A DNA stretch of 64,000 nt, taken from NCBI GenBank assembly GCA_965235115.1, contig OZ249436.1, positions 51,276,001 to 51,340,000 on the forward strand, written 5' to 3'. The stretch comes from Laetmonice hystrix (lineage: Eukaryota). Of this stretch, positions 27,486-39,745 are shown piece after piece (the stretch's first letter is position 1; each line of letters begins with the position of its first letter). The notes below the pieces were generated by a model that ran no database searches, was not told the origin of the DNA, and saw only the letters and a program-made list of their open reading frames with translations. Position numbers and translations under genes: made by a program.

Positions 27486-27517
27486 CTGGAGTTGGCATTG
27501 AGAATACGATTACATAC

Positions 27518-27668
27518 CCGGAACATGCCTGAATCCCTGACGCCTGCTCCAGTGACCAGAACTTGTTTTCCGATGACCGGATGTGCCACTTGCCGCTGTC
27601 CAAGTCAAACTCCACCTGGAATGTCTCTTTGTCGGTGATCTCCTCCTGATTGGCTGACAGGTCCACAC
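27518..27668 (-). CDS. FSCN: Fascin exon 2
   Basis: ccactag| ... |gtatgt, 151 nt, phase 1 to 2; (G)VDLSANQEEITDKETFQVEFD..KWHIRS..KFWSL..GIQA. Confidence 0.95.
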
Positions 27669-27844
27669 CTAGTGGCAGAAACAAAACAAACCAAATGGTC
27701 ACATTCCATTATCTAGGGCGGATCCAGCATTTTGGGGAAAGGCGGCCTGCGGGTTCAATAATGAAAACAACGAAAAATCAGACTGGTTCAGGGGGCTATG
27801 GGGCTACTGCCTTAGGAACAGACAGCATCATATCCAAGCCATGA

Positions 27845-27900
27845 ATTGGTTGGGGGAACTCAAGTTCCCGGAGAAAACTACCAAGCTGCAGTAAGTAAAC
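27845..27900 (-). mobile_element. Possible degenerate SINE central-domain fragment
   Basis: Reverse complement reads GGTAGTTTTCTCCGGGAACTTGAGTTCCCCCAACC, similar to the GGTTTTCTCCGGGTACTCCGGTTTCCTCC core recalled from V/Meta-type SINEs. Confidence 0.35.
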
Positions 27901-30900
27901 CAAGCCAGGGATATAAAGGGTTAAACGTTTGGAAATGCGTGCGGATAACAATGAAGATACAGTTCAGCAGTGCAGATCTCCTTTGTTGGCGACTTTCCAG
28001 TGAGGTTAAAAATCACAATTGCGGAACAGTCTGGCCGGGTTGGTTCCCATGATGACAGGGTCAATCACAATATGGCCAAGCTGGTTCCGTACTCTAATGA
28101 GTACTTTGTAAGTGGCAAGTTTTGTTAATGCCTGGTGACAACATACGAGGTACTCGTACTCAAAAGTAACCCCCAGGGAATAGATTTGGGAAACTGCCCT
28201 TCTGTAAGCCTATGATCAAGTGTGACCAAAGTCCCAGCAAACTAGTTCATGCCAGTATTATTATGTGCTAGTAATGCACCAATCAGCTACCTCCATGTAG
28301 GACATGGCAGAAATACCAGAGGTATACTGAGGTTATGGTACCATTGAACACGTCAAGTAGGGGTCTATCTTCAACATCATCCAAAGATACTTTTTACGCT
28401 GGTTTATGGTGGTGAAAGAGGATAAAGTGTTCTATGTGTTAGGAATCGTGGGAAGTGGTTCGAACGAACTATGCAGTACAGAGCTGTCCTTGTTTTGTTT
28501 TTGTCCGTATTGGTGTATTACAGTGTTCGAGTCGCCTTTATATAGCAGAACATCAGTCACCATGTGGTGCCCAGGTCCCAATCACAAGGCCCTACACAAG
28601 GCCTGGATAAAAAGTTCTTACAACCACCACATGTGGTGGTGATGATGGCGGTGGTGGGCACGGTCGCAGCACTCTCCTTTCGCACTAAAGACACTCTGCT
28701 ATAATTATTTTTTATCGTTTGGATTTCTAGGAAAACGTCCAGAATACGGCACAGTATCATAAATTTGTATCACTGAACTATTTTGTATTTTGTTTGAAAA
28801 GAAAACATCTGCGAACATCAAGAGCCATGAGATGGTTTAAAATTGACAGAAGCACGGAGAAAATACGAAGATACGGTCGAAACTTTGGCACTGCACTAGG
28901 CGATAGACAGACATCTAGGTCTGGTTAGCTGTCATTCAGACATGGCCACAAACACACGTCCTCTCATGGACACTTAGTGTTCATGATCTGTGGACCAACA
29001 TGTTTAGCACACACCATTTAGTTATTCACTCCATGTCATAGGAAAGTTGGCATCTCGACGGACACCTAGTTCAGTGCCATCTGTCTTGGCCCGTTACTCT
29101 ATCACTTTTTTCCATGTTCCCCTTCGCCTGTTTGTCACAGTTGTAACTCAACGTGCATACAGTTTACGCCGATAACTTTATTAATTTAGATAATTATGAC
29201 AATCCTTCCATCACTTAACTTCCAAATTAAACGTTACATGTCTCACCAAAATATTCGTTTTTTATAGGTTAAAAAAAGCAACTGTAACCTGAAGGCCGCC
29301 CAGTGGAATCTAGGAGCAGATCTTACCAGAATAGTATGAGTGCTCAGTGAGTTCAACAATAAGTGTGAGTGCTCAGTGAGTTCAACAATAATAGAACTAA
29401 AGTCATACAAATATAAACAATGGAATACACACACAGAAATACAACAAGATTTTTTTTAAAGTAAAGCTCACCATCCATGTTGAGTCTCCATACATGTAAC
29501 TACAATCCAGGCATTGAAAAAAGGCTCATTTACCGTCCATCATTGCATGGTTTGTTGGCACTGGGGCCTGTACACAGCTATACGGTGAGTCATCGTCACC
29601 GTTTAGAGGTGAGGTCTGTGATACACGTTATGACCTACACAAGCCTACATCATCATACCTACCTATAGATATTAAATATGTAGGCAAAGCGTATATTCAA
29701 CGACGGCGAAAGGAAATGTCGAAAATTGTTCGGTCTCTGTTTTACCAGTATACGATGTATCAACGGGAAACAGTCAGCAGGGACGGTTAATAAAGAGATC
29801 GGAGTCTGATATTACGGTACTCAACATCCTAACTTTCTTTCCATTGAGTAAGTTTCAACGAACACCCGTGTATTACGGAACTTGTTTTGGAAAGCGGACT
29901 ATTCCTCATTCTTTTCCGCATTCTCTGGCACGAGTAAAAGGCAGTTGGCACCAACCATGAAACCTGACCTATTACAAATTCCGCCAAGTTACGGCCTGGG
30001 TTTCCCACAGGACTCCTGGCTGAGTGCTTCAATACCTGCCAGATGGTTTGTTTTATATCACATGGGCTTTTCTCGTAACCCTACTGCAATAACTTCAAAT
30101 AAACCCCAAATATATAAGTCTATGGGTCTAATAACGCCGCAAGTTTTACTCTAAGCCAGGCATAGCGACAGTAAATAGTGAAGGCGGTGGGGGGGGGGGG
30201 GTAAGACCGAAAGGCTCTGACAAGCCGTGATTCCCACCACACACAGCCTCCACACCAACACACATACCACCTGGACCCCAGTCAAACCCTTGATCTCTGC
30301 CTCCCGTCAGCCACGACCAGCAACATCAGAGATATTTATACAACAAACCCAGTGCCACACACTTAAAATAGTCATGTTGACATAGGGTGGAGCCAGAATG
30401 AGGTGATGTTCACACGGGTGAACCCGTGATACCGCTATGTCCAACCTGCATGGACGCATGCCCGCTACCTGTCGCATAGATCAGACTAAAAACTTGATTT
30501 TTCGTTTCTTTTATTGTCCGATCAACGACCTCTATCATGCGAGTGCCAACATGTGGCATCGCTCTAGTCACATAGTCATCTAGTGGAAAAAAAATGACCT
30601 GATGTGGCTAATAATTGTGGGTAGGGGTTAAATTTTTAAGGAGAGGTCTAGGCTAAGTTTTTTTGCGTGAAGTCTGTGAAGGTTCAGCGTTAAGTTTGGA
30701 GCTATAGGAACAGAGCGAGACTATTGGAGATGTATCTCTAATGTGGTTCTTGCAGTGATCACGGAGGAAGATTCAAATATAGAGAGGCTGCAAACAATGA
30801 ATATCGGCACCTGTTCTATGTGTAGGCCTCCATGTCATGCTCAGGCCGCCCGTCGACATGAGGTTGTACCCGTGTGATAACATCAGCACACCATACGTGT

Positions 30901-31047
30901 CTATTTCCCCTAAGCGGCCTCTTTATGCAGCTGTTTTATACACATCACATTGTGGAATGTATTTATAGGATAAATGGTATGATTATACCATTCTAGTTTC
31001 AAAATGGTTCTAATTAAGGCTGGTTGAAACACGGAGGGCATTGAATC

Positions 31048-31533
31048 GGTCCAACCACTTTCTGGTCCAGCCACTTTCTGCAGCCTGGCCAGCGCTATAG
31101 CTCTTCAGAGGTGGTCTGTTCGGTCCAGCCACTTTGTGCAGCCTGGCCAGCGCTATAGCTCTCCAGAGGTGGTCTGTTCGGTCCAGCCACTTTCTGCAGC
31201 CTGGCCAGCGCTATAGCTCTCCAGAGGTGGTCTGTTCGGTCCAGCCACTTTCTGCAGCATGGCCAGCGCTATAGCTCTCCAGAGGTGGTCTGTTCGGTCC
31301 AGCCACTTTCTGCAGCCTGGCCAGCGCTAGCCTATAGCTCTCCAGAGGTGGTCTGTTCGGTCCAGCCACTTTCTGCAGCCTTGCCAGCGCTATTACTCTC
31401 CAGAGGTGGTCTGTTCGGTCCAGCCACTTTGTGCAGCCTTGCCAGCGCTATAGCTCTCCAGAGGTGGTCTGTTCGGTCCAGCCACTTTGTGCAGCCTGGC
31501 CAGCGCCACAGCTCCCCAAGATGTGGTCTGTCC
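31048..31533. repeat. 58-bp minisatellite, about 8 copies, fascin intron 1
   Basis: GTCCAGCCACTTTCTGCAGCCTGGCCAGCGCTATAGCTCTCCAGAGGTGGTCTGTTCG repeated. Confidence 0.95.
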
Positions 31534-34500
31534 ACATAATGGTGTTGTTAAAGACAACAGGTACCACAGCCGGTCTGGGTGTGGCACTTCACTATAGCTG
31601 ACGTGTTCTCTATAGTGATCACGGTACACTTCACAGAGGAACTATATACATGTATCTAGTCTAGATCTATAATGGTAGTCCCTACAGGTGGTTACATTCT
31701 CAGTGCTTCTTTACTGGGAAATTGATTGTCGACATGGCATCACTACATCCCCGCGCTTCCTCCACCACTATCTATAGAATCGGGTATATATCCCAGAATA
31801 TTGTAATGATGACAGGATATTTTGACATACCAATACAAATGGGAAAAACAATGAATACTACACTAATTATTACCGACGGTAAGTTAGCTCGACTTAGTTG
31901 TTTATAACAGGCTTGTTATATCAAAATACTCCAAAATAATCTTCTGGCGTCAACTGCAGTGTAGCGCCATAGTTTGAGGGGCCGAATAAAATGCACAATA
32001 AACAATAAACAGACATTAAGGTGGCTGCCACGTCTGCTGATGGCTAGGCCAGCTGCTGGCGCTACCACCACCACCACCGGCCGGGCCGTGGTCAATGCTG
32101 GCCTGGCCTTTGTATCGGCCAAACATTTGTCTCCACAAATTTTGACGGCATCGATGTGTTAGCAACAATTATCTCACATACTGTGACAAGAACGGCCTGG
32201 TGCCAACCAATTCGGACATACACGAACACATACATACACACTGTGGGTCATTATTTCAACCTGGTCACCTCAGACGGCGAGCTGCTATAGAAAACCGAAT
32301 CCCCACACGTCTACACTGTATTACCCGCCTTGCTATCGTACCTTGGCAAAACTAGGCCTAGTATATTTTTTTCAATATTTCAATAGTAGCAATAATATTA
32401 AGGACGTTCTTATTCCAGTGATTATCAGGAAGTGTAATGAACCGCCAAGACTTCCAGCTTGCAGTGGTTTCCTTGGAATTAAATCTTCGCACGCAATGCG
32501 GCAATCCCCTCGGGTTTACCTGCCCCAGATTGTGACCTATTTATAGCTGCTCATTTGGGGGTCGATGGGTCGGGGTGAGGGGTGCGTGGGGTTTCAACTC
32601 CCAATGTTCCTTTGTTTTGGTGAATTTCAACCCAAACTACTTTTTACACATTTTATCCACAATAGGACATACATTACTCTCAGACTAAGTAAAGACTCTC
32701 AGACAAACAACCAGAGGAATAAAGTATTGAAAGAAGCAAACAACTTCGGCACACATCTTTTCTAAAAGGTGTGTACCGGTGTTAGAACAGAGCTGGCCAA
32801 CATCGAAGAGAAGGGTCATGAAATAGAGATCTAATAGTCACCCACTCTGTTTTAAAACAAATGTCAGCAGATCGGTCAGCCTTGAGTGTCAGGGTTTCCG
32901 CTGCATGGCGTATCCCGACCAGAACTGTTCTGGATCGTAAACCAGAAACCCAGCGCACTCTACCCCGACCACCTTGGATCCCTTCTCAGGGTTACTACCT
33001 ACTACCGTGGGAAAATGGTGGGACGGGGCAGACGGTCATTGTTCCAATGGGAAATCACAAACATGATATCAAACTATCATATCATCCAACTTAACAACAC
33101 AGAGGCCTTCAGATTTACGGCAAAGATAATGGGTGTTTTCGTAGACAATAGTGAACTGTTCATAAAAATGAACCAGGCCAGTTACCCGTCTGAGTCTGGC
33201 CACAGGTGGTCCAGACCTGAGTATTCCTGGTGCAATATGGAACTGCCATAGGAAGTCTAATTAAAACAATCATTTAACTTCCTCCAAAGCCAGATGTATT
33301 GAGGGAATTAAGTGTGACGGCAGCGGGCACTAGCTGTTCTTAGAAGTGATTACTCGTACTTGTGTCACCTGATATATACCTGGTACTGTTGACACTCATA
33401 CAGGACAGATGTGTTCCATCTGACTCTGATTCTGTACATAATCCGTTCACACCATTCTACAAACACACCATTATAGCAGCACGAGAATTAATGTCATCCG
33501 TAGATATAAATGTTCCCATATTGATATATTTATTGTGCATAATGTCACTTTCCTAGGACGTTAACTGACTACTGTCATTTCTGTCTATATGCTGTAATCA
33601 ATGGTGGAAAACAATGTTTCACCCAATTAACATGATAATCACCCGTATAAAATGTATTATATTGTTCTCTTCCTTAACTGATAACGGATTGTGACCGTTG
33701 TCATTACCCTGGATATCTAGAAAATAGGAGAAATTCGCCACAGTCGAGTCCTCTGAGGCTCTCGATTTATCGTTTTTTTTTTAAAGACAAGTATTGATCA
33801 ATCATCAAAATGTTATTTTCTCTTTTATATTTATTTTTCCTATATATTCCTGAAGCCGGACTTACGTCGCCCTTACGATCGATTGACGCCAAGGATCGGA
33901 GATCTTGGGCGCCCACCGATCGTAAAGGCCTCCTAAGCCCGCATTTTAAATTCTGGCAGCAGTTTTTGCGAAGAATGACAACCGCAAAACTGCACCATGA
34001 GAGTCAGACAACAGCCATGTCTAACTTCACGTCTCGATGCTGCATGCCCCTTTTTCTCCGTTCTTCCTTGTTGTTCCTTACCTGAGCCTGTCGACAGGTG
34101 GGAACCGGTAAGTGCCCGCTACCTCCCCACCCACCCACCCACCCGGGGCTTCTGGTCTACTTCCATATATGGCTGGTAAACATGGCTAGAGGTGTCCACT
34201 GTCTGAGGAAAGGAGGTCAGCACTTTGGTGCCGCGTCGAATGGGGGCAGGAACAGTGCATGAGGAACAGCAGCGCGAGTGCATGATTCATGGCGGAGTCA
34301 CGAAGACCGGCCGGTCGGGGTGCTGCACGTTGTGGAGCGTGCCTTCAGAATAAAGCCCTATTCTCAACCGGTGCGTGGATAGCTTCTAATGGCACCTGCA
34401 TTTAGGCTGCAATGGAATGTGGCCAACACTGCAATGGGGGCAACTGGTTGCTATTATAGCTGGCTATACAGGTGGTAGGGACTGGGGCTTGTAGAGCAGG

Positions 34501-35314
34501 TTGAACCAGTTAAATATCGTGTGAAGCATACACGAAGAGCTCATGACCCCATGCTTATCTAAAGGCAATTAAAACTTATCTTTCCCCTCTTACATTACAT
34601 TATCATAACTCACAAGAACACTATGTATGTTTAGAAGGCTCAATTCTTTCTAAAATAACAGAGTGTAAATGACATCAGATATCCAGGTTTTAAATGAATT
34701 GTGAATAACATAAGTATAATTAAGGTCATAATCTTTGTAGGACCATCAGGTGGAACATTTTCGAGCTATATTTAAATGGACAGTGAGGACATGTATATAT
34801 GTGAGCATTCCCTTAATTACCATTGATTGTACCATAAATACCCGACTTTATCCCGTGCCTTTACAACTGGTCTTATCATAGGTATCTAATCGCTAATATT
34901 TTATGAGAGTTGTTTGTCCTGATCATAATTTGTTTACTTATGTATTGTTCCACAACAGTCGGTATTCTCACATGACAGGTACTCTCCGAAAGTTATTGCC
35001 CAGTCCTCCCATGCCCCGTATCTATCCAAGCCTGAGCCCCAGACTAGCCACCCGCCCATGTTGCATCCAGTGGATTCAATGATGGATGTAGTGTGATGGT
35101 GTAATGGAAACCTAACACCTCCAAGTGCTCCCGGGGTGTTGGAGGGAGGGGGAGGGGTGTACGACTCAGCCGGCCAGATGGTGACTGTCAGCTGATGCTG
35201 CAGCATGAAACACAGACTCAACCCTCCTCTCATCCTTCTCTTGCAGCTCGCAACCATTTAGGTAAAGAAGGGCATCGTGAATTTCTATCCAAGATAGGGC
35301 ATATCCAAGAAACT

Positions 35315-36098
35315 TCTATCTGCCTACCTCTCCAAACCACTGTTATCTTCCTACTTTTTTAAACCACCTATCTGCCTACCTCTCCAAATCGCTGTTATCT
35401 CCCTACCTCTTCAAACCACCTCTATCTGCCCCTACCTCTACAAACCACTGTTATCTTCCTACTTTTTTAAACCACCTATCTGCCTACCTCTCCAAATCGC
35501 TGTTATCTCCCTACCTCTTCAAACCACCTCTATCTGCCCCTACCTCTCCAAACCACTGTTATCTTCCTACTTTTTTAAACCACCTATCTGCCTACCTCTC
35601 CAAATCGCTGTTATCTTCCTACCTCTTCAAACCACCTCTATCTGCCCCTACCTCTACAAACCACTGTTATCTTCCTACCTCTTCAAACCACCTCTATCTG
35701 CCTACCTCTCCAAACCACTGTTATCTTCCTACCTCTTCAAACTACCTCTATCTGCCTGCCTCTCCAAACCACCTCTATCTGCCTACCTCTCCAAACCATT
35801 GTTATCTTACTACTTCTTCAAAACACCTCTATCTGCCTACCTCTCCAAACCACTGTTATCTTCCTATCTCTTCAAACCACCTCTATCTGCCCCTACCTCT
35901 ACAAACCACTGTTATCTTCCTATCTCTTCAAACCACCTCTATCTGCCCCTACCTCTACAAACCAGTTATCTTCCTATCTCTTCAAACCACCTCTATCTGC
36001 CCCTACCTCTACAAACCACTGTTATCTTCCTACTTCTTCAAACCACCTCTATCTGCCTACCTCTTCAAACCACTGTTATCTTCCTACTTTTCCTAACC
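35315..36098. repeat. Compound ~25-28-bp C/T-rich minisatellite, fascin intron 1
   Basis: Alternating variants CTACCTCTCCAAACCACTGTTATCTTC and CTACCTCTTCAAACCACCTCTATCTGCCC. Confidence 0.9.
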
Positions 36099-36488
36099 AA
36101 TGTAAGATCTGTCCGGGTTAAGGTCCTAGATAAAATCTATTTGTCTTACATCAAATGACGTAAAACTGATATTTTTAGAATAGAGATCACACACAGGAAA
36201 TGGGAGAACAAACTAAATCCTCGCTTCTTAAGTTTCTAATATTAAAAACAAACTTATTTCAAAGCTAGCCCCAGGCTTATTGTCTCCTGTATAAAAACTA
36301 GAAATCTCGTCTTTGTAATGATGAAATGATATCTTGATAAATGTAAATGAAAAAAGTGGTTTTTAGTTGACAGCAAAGGGAATAGTTTATTTCGTTGACA
36401 AAAGAGAGAATAGCAAATTGTTAATGCATTTCCCCTAGACGTGTTTCGGACTGGTAAAGTAGTAATTTTTTGAGCAAATGAATATGTA

Positions 36489-36632
36489 CAGTGGCGGATC
36501 CAGGAGGTATGGGCCCCCCCCCCCATCTTACGAAGTAATTTTTTTTCTGCTTGAAAGGTTGAAACTAAACATACCTCCCCCCTTGGCGCCCCATGACCCT
36601 TCCCCCTTGGCGCCAACCTGGATCCGCCCCTG
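36489..36632. mobile_element. CAG..CTG MITE with 5-bp TSD (ATGTA)
   Basis: atgta|CAGTGGCGGATCCAGG ... CCTGGATCCGCCCCTG|atgta. Confidence 0.8.
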
Positions 36633-37098
36633 ATGTAAGTTACCTTTGGTGCATTCTAATAAGGTAAAGATTATCTGACAGAGACGAACTGGGTTGTAGC
36701 ATACAGCCCTTGGTTACCAAGCTTTGCGGTCAAAAGATGAGAAAGTTAGCCCCGGGATACAATACTGTAATTATAGTGTGTCTCTCCGTCAGTCTGACAC
36801 GAAATTATATATAAACAAAATGTCTTTCACGCCACGCCTACACGTCCACCCATACAAAGAGATTAAAACTTGGGTTGCAACGTCATGCACCCAAGTGTAT
36901 TTTTAGGCTGTGTAAGGTTTATAATATAGCTCTAGTACATGTCTTAGGCCTACATGGTATTTGCCCGCAGTATACGCCTTACCGACTCACCGTCAATACT
37001 GGTCTGGCATAGGACGGGGAATATAGAGGTACTTTAAACTTTTTTCACAATGTTCAAAAAGCAATGAATTCTCGGTCATATACCCAGTACACACCCAC

Positions 37099-37954
37099 CT
37101 TGTTTGATCGACACTTTCTTCTTGTTGTGGGCAGTAAAGATGACCTGGGCGTGACTATCTTCCAGGGTGAAAAGTTGTTCTTTAGTAATCGTACCCTTCG
37201 ACTTGGGCCCACTCTGGAGGGCCGGGGGGCGGCCCAGGGCACTAAGGTACTTGCCGGATGAGTCTTTGAGAGCCATGCCGCAGCTAGAGCCGGATTTCAA
37301 CTCGAGAGTGTAAAGGCATTCTGGGGTGATACTGTCAATGAGACTACCGTCGCGTTTCAGATATTTATTGTTGCTGGCTTTGACGGCGTATTTGCCATCG
37401 ACGAATTCGATTGTGATGAGTGCATCAGCTCCCCACGGTATAATTTCGTCCACATGAATTTGCTGGCACTCTTCATCCAAGTGGGCATACCTGCCTCGGT
37501 TGACGTTTCGGAAATTGACATGGGGGTGGACAGCCAGCCGGACAGTCCACCATTCCCCGTCGGTAAGATGCGTGTCGCATTTCATGTGGTCCTCACACCC
37601 ACCAAAGTACAAATTGTGTTTTTTGCTCTTGAAGGCCCATTTGCCTGAACCGGTCTGATTGTATGTAACGACAAATTTCTCGTCCTCTCCTTTGCTTTCA
37701 CTGTCGCATTTGACGTTTCCCTTCTTGTCTGAGGACAGGTAGCGACCTAAGTGGCTCCTTATGTAGACGACCTCCTCTTGCTCCTCTGCCGTGCTGTCGT
37801 GCTCCAGCGTCCAAAGCTGTTTCTTGCGGAAGTTGGTACCTGACGCATTCATCTTAAATCCAAATGTTTCGGCCGTCAAGTAGCGGCCTGCACTGTTGAC
37901 CAGGCCGACCGGCCATTTAGGCGGTTCAGGTTTTCCTTCTTGAACGCCGTTCAT
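37099..37954 (-). CDS. FSCN: Fascin (singed-like actin-bundling protein) exon 1; full CDS 856+151+305+203 = 1515 nt, 504 aa
   Basis: MNGVQEGK..GLVNSAGRYLTAETFGFKMNAS..KKQLWTLE..YIRSHLGRYLSSDKKGNV..PWGADALIT..VSIKQ(G)|gtgggt; splice phases consistent across all four exons. Confidence 0.97.
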
Positions 37955-38059
37955 GTTGTTGCTGCTGCTGTTACAAACTAAAAGAGGACTGCTAGGGGAC
38001 ACAGTATTTCTATAGACACATCCACGTTGGAGGCGTGCACAGGGTAAATCCACGGACGT

Positions 38060-38345
38060 TGCTTGTCACAGGTTGGAGCGGTGGCGTCGCTTTATATCCC
38101 TAACCCCTCGGCACCGGTGGCCGGCGCAGTCTGACTCACACACAGTCGTTGTCTTTCCGGGTACGTACGGACGGACGCGCAGTGACGGGGCGAGTATAAA
38201 TAAGACCGGCGTGATGTTAATGTACTCCGCCAGCTGGAACCAGGTCCGCCTATCAGGGACGGCCTGCTCTGGGGGGGGTCACTCTCCGCGTGACGGGCGC
38301 CAGCCGCCCGCCCGCCCGCCAGGCCAGCCGCCCTCTCGGTACGGG
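38060..38345 (-). promoter_or_regulatory. Fascin core/proximal promoter
   Basis: TATAAA on - strand at 38091-38096, about 140 nt upstream of the ATG; CpG-rich; GC-box run GCCGCCCGCCCGCCCGCC at about 38303-38320. Confidence 0.6.
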
Positions 38346-39502
38346 CACCGTCTCGTCCTGGTTCGGCAATAAAATATTTAAAAAAAGAAGAAAAAATTAT
38401 ATATAAGAAGTGAAGACAAAAATCTAGCAGGGTCATAGGCTACATTAATTCGACTTTAGGACCATACGCATGTCTACATCAAGTCTACATTATCTTTGCA
38501 ATTAGAATTTCCCAAGAACACAACTGGCAATGATATAATATGTTTCCCTCATCTTCTTCCTCCTCTGTTTCATTTGACGTGCATGTGTATTGATGATTTC
38601 ATGAGAGATGTAGAACAACATTCATAGACCTAAATCTGTGCACATCCTTCTAGTAGGGTATCCCCTTTACCCCCCTCCCCCCCCCACCCCCTCCAACAAT
38701 TATGTTTATGGTGACCACTTTTGCCTCCATGCAGTCTTAACCTATAATCCCTATCCACAGACCTTAGCTCTGCACACTAAATCACCTCCTGAGGGCAACA
38801 AACACAATTTCTAGGGGATAGCTCCCAGACCCTCAGCAATAAATTATATATATTAAGAAAAGTATACATTTTCATGTTCTCATGTGCTTCTAGCCGCCCC
38901 TATATGGCGTAACTGTCTCGTAAAGTTACGAACGACTAGATCGTCGCAGTCCGTGCATATCTTGCTATAATTTATGGCCCTCCTGTTGCGAAGATCATAA
39001 TGTGTAGGTGTTCATCTCTGTATGTATGTACACGTATTATATCATAAGTATGCCGCGTATTGCGACCAGGCAGGATGCAGAAGATTATCCCATCATCGTC
39101 AGAAATACGGTATAAACAACCAGAAATCGGAAATCCAGTTTTTTATAGGGGTCATTGTGGTACTTTGGACATTATCCTGGAAAATCGACCTCAAAACTTA
39201 AAGTTTAACGGGTCTAAATGAGCATAGAGTTTCTTTTCCTGTCAGTCGTTGAAGATGTTCTAAGAGCTTCAGAACTTACTGAGAGGAATTGTGTAACCAC
39301 AATGTCTTTGTTACCAGGCATACACTATGTGCACTGTATACAGTGGGGGGGGGGGGGGGCGCCCACCAGACCTTAAACATTTAAATTCACGCTTGAGATT
39401 TCGTATTTTACAAAGAGTTTGGGGAAAGGGTGCCGGTGTATAAGCACTGTCCGCCGGGCGCCGGAGACCTTCGCTACACCACTGATAGGCCTACGTACGC
39501 TA

Positions 39503-39745
39503 GAGTGATTTGGAAAAACCTAGTAAGTCGAGTTTTTGTCCAATTTGAGTTAGTCTCATTTTTGGACTTACTAGGTTTTGCCCTTTCATATAGTCCTATA
39601 CAAGTGATCAGAACTCGACGCAATTCATAGTTATTGACCTGGAAAAACCTAGCGTTTGCAGCACCTCAATGGGAGGAATGGTTTGTTCGTCCCATTTTTC
39701 TCAAAATGAGGGAAAGTGGACTTGCTAGGTTTTTCCAGATCACTG
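39503..39745. mobile_element. Tc1/mariner-type MITE with TA flanks
   Basis: ta|GAGTGATTTGGAAAAACCTAGTAAGTC ... GACTTGCTAGGTTTTTCCAGATCACTG|ta; ~27-bp TIR (CAGTG type), TIR core also repeated internally. Confidence 0.75.

Noticed and set aside
37955..38053. 33-aa N-terminal extension of fascin in the ORF track
   Set aside because: Starts at GTG very close to the predicted TSS; the ATG at 37954 (aacATG) gives a normal fascin length
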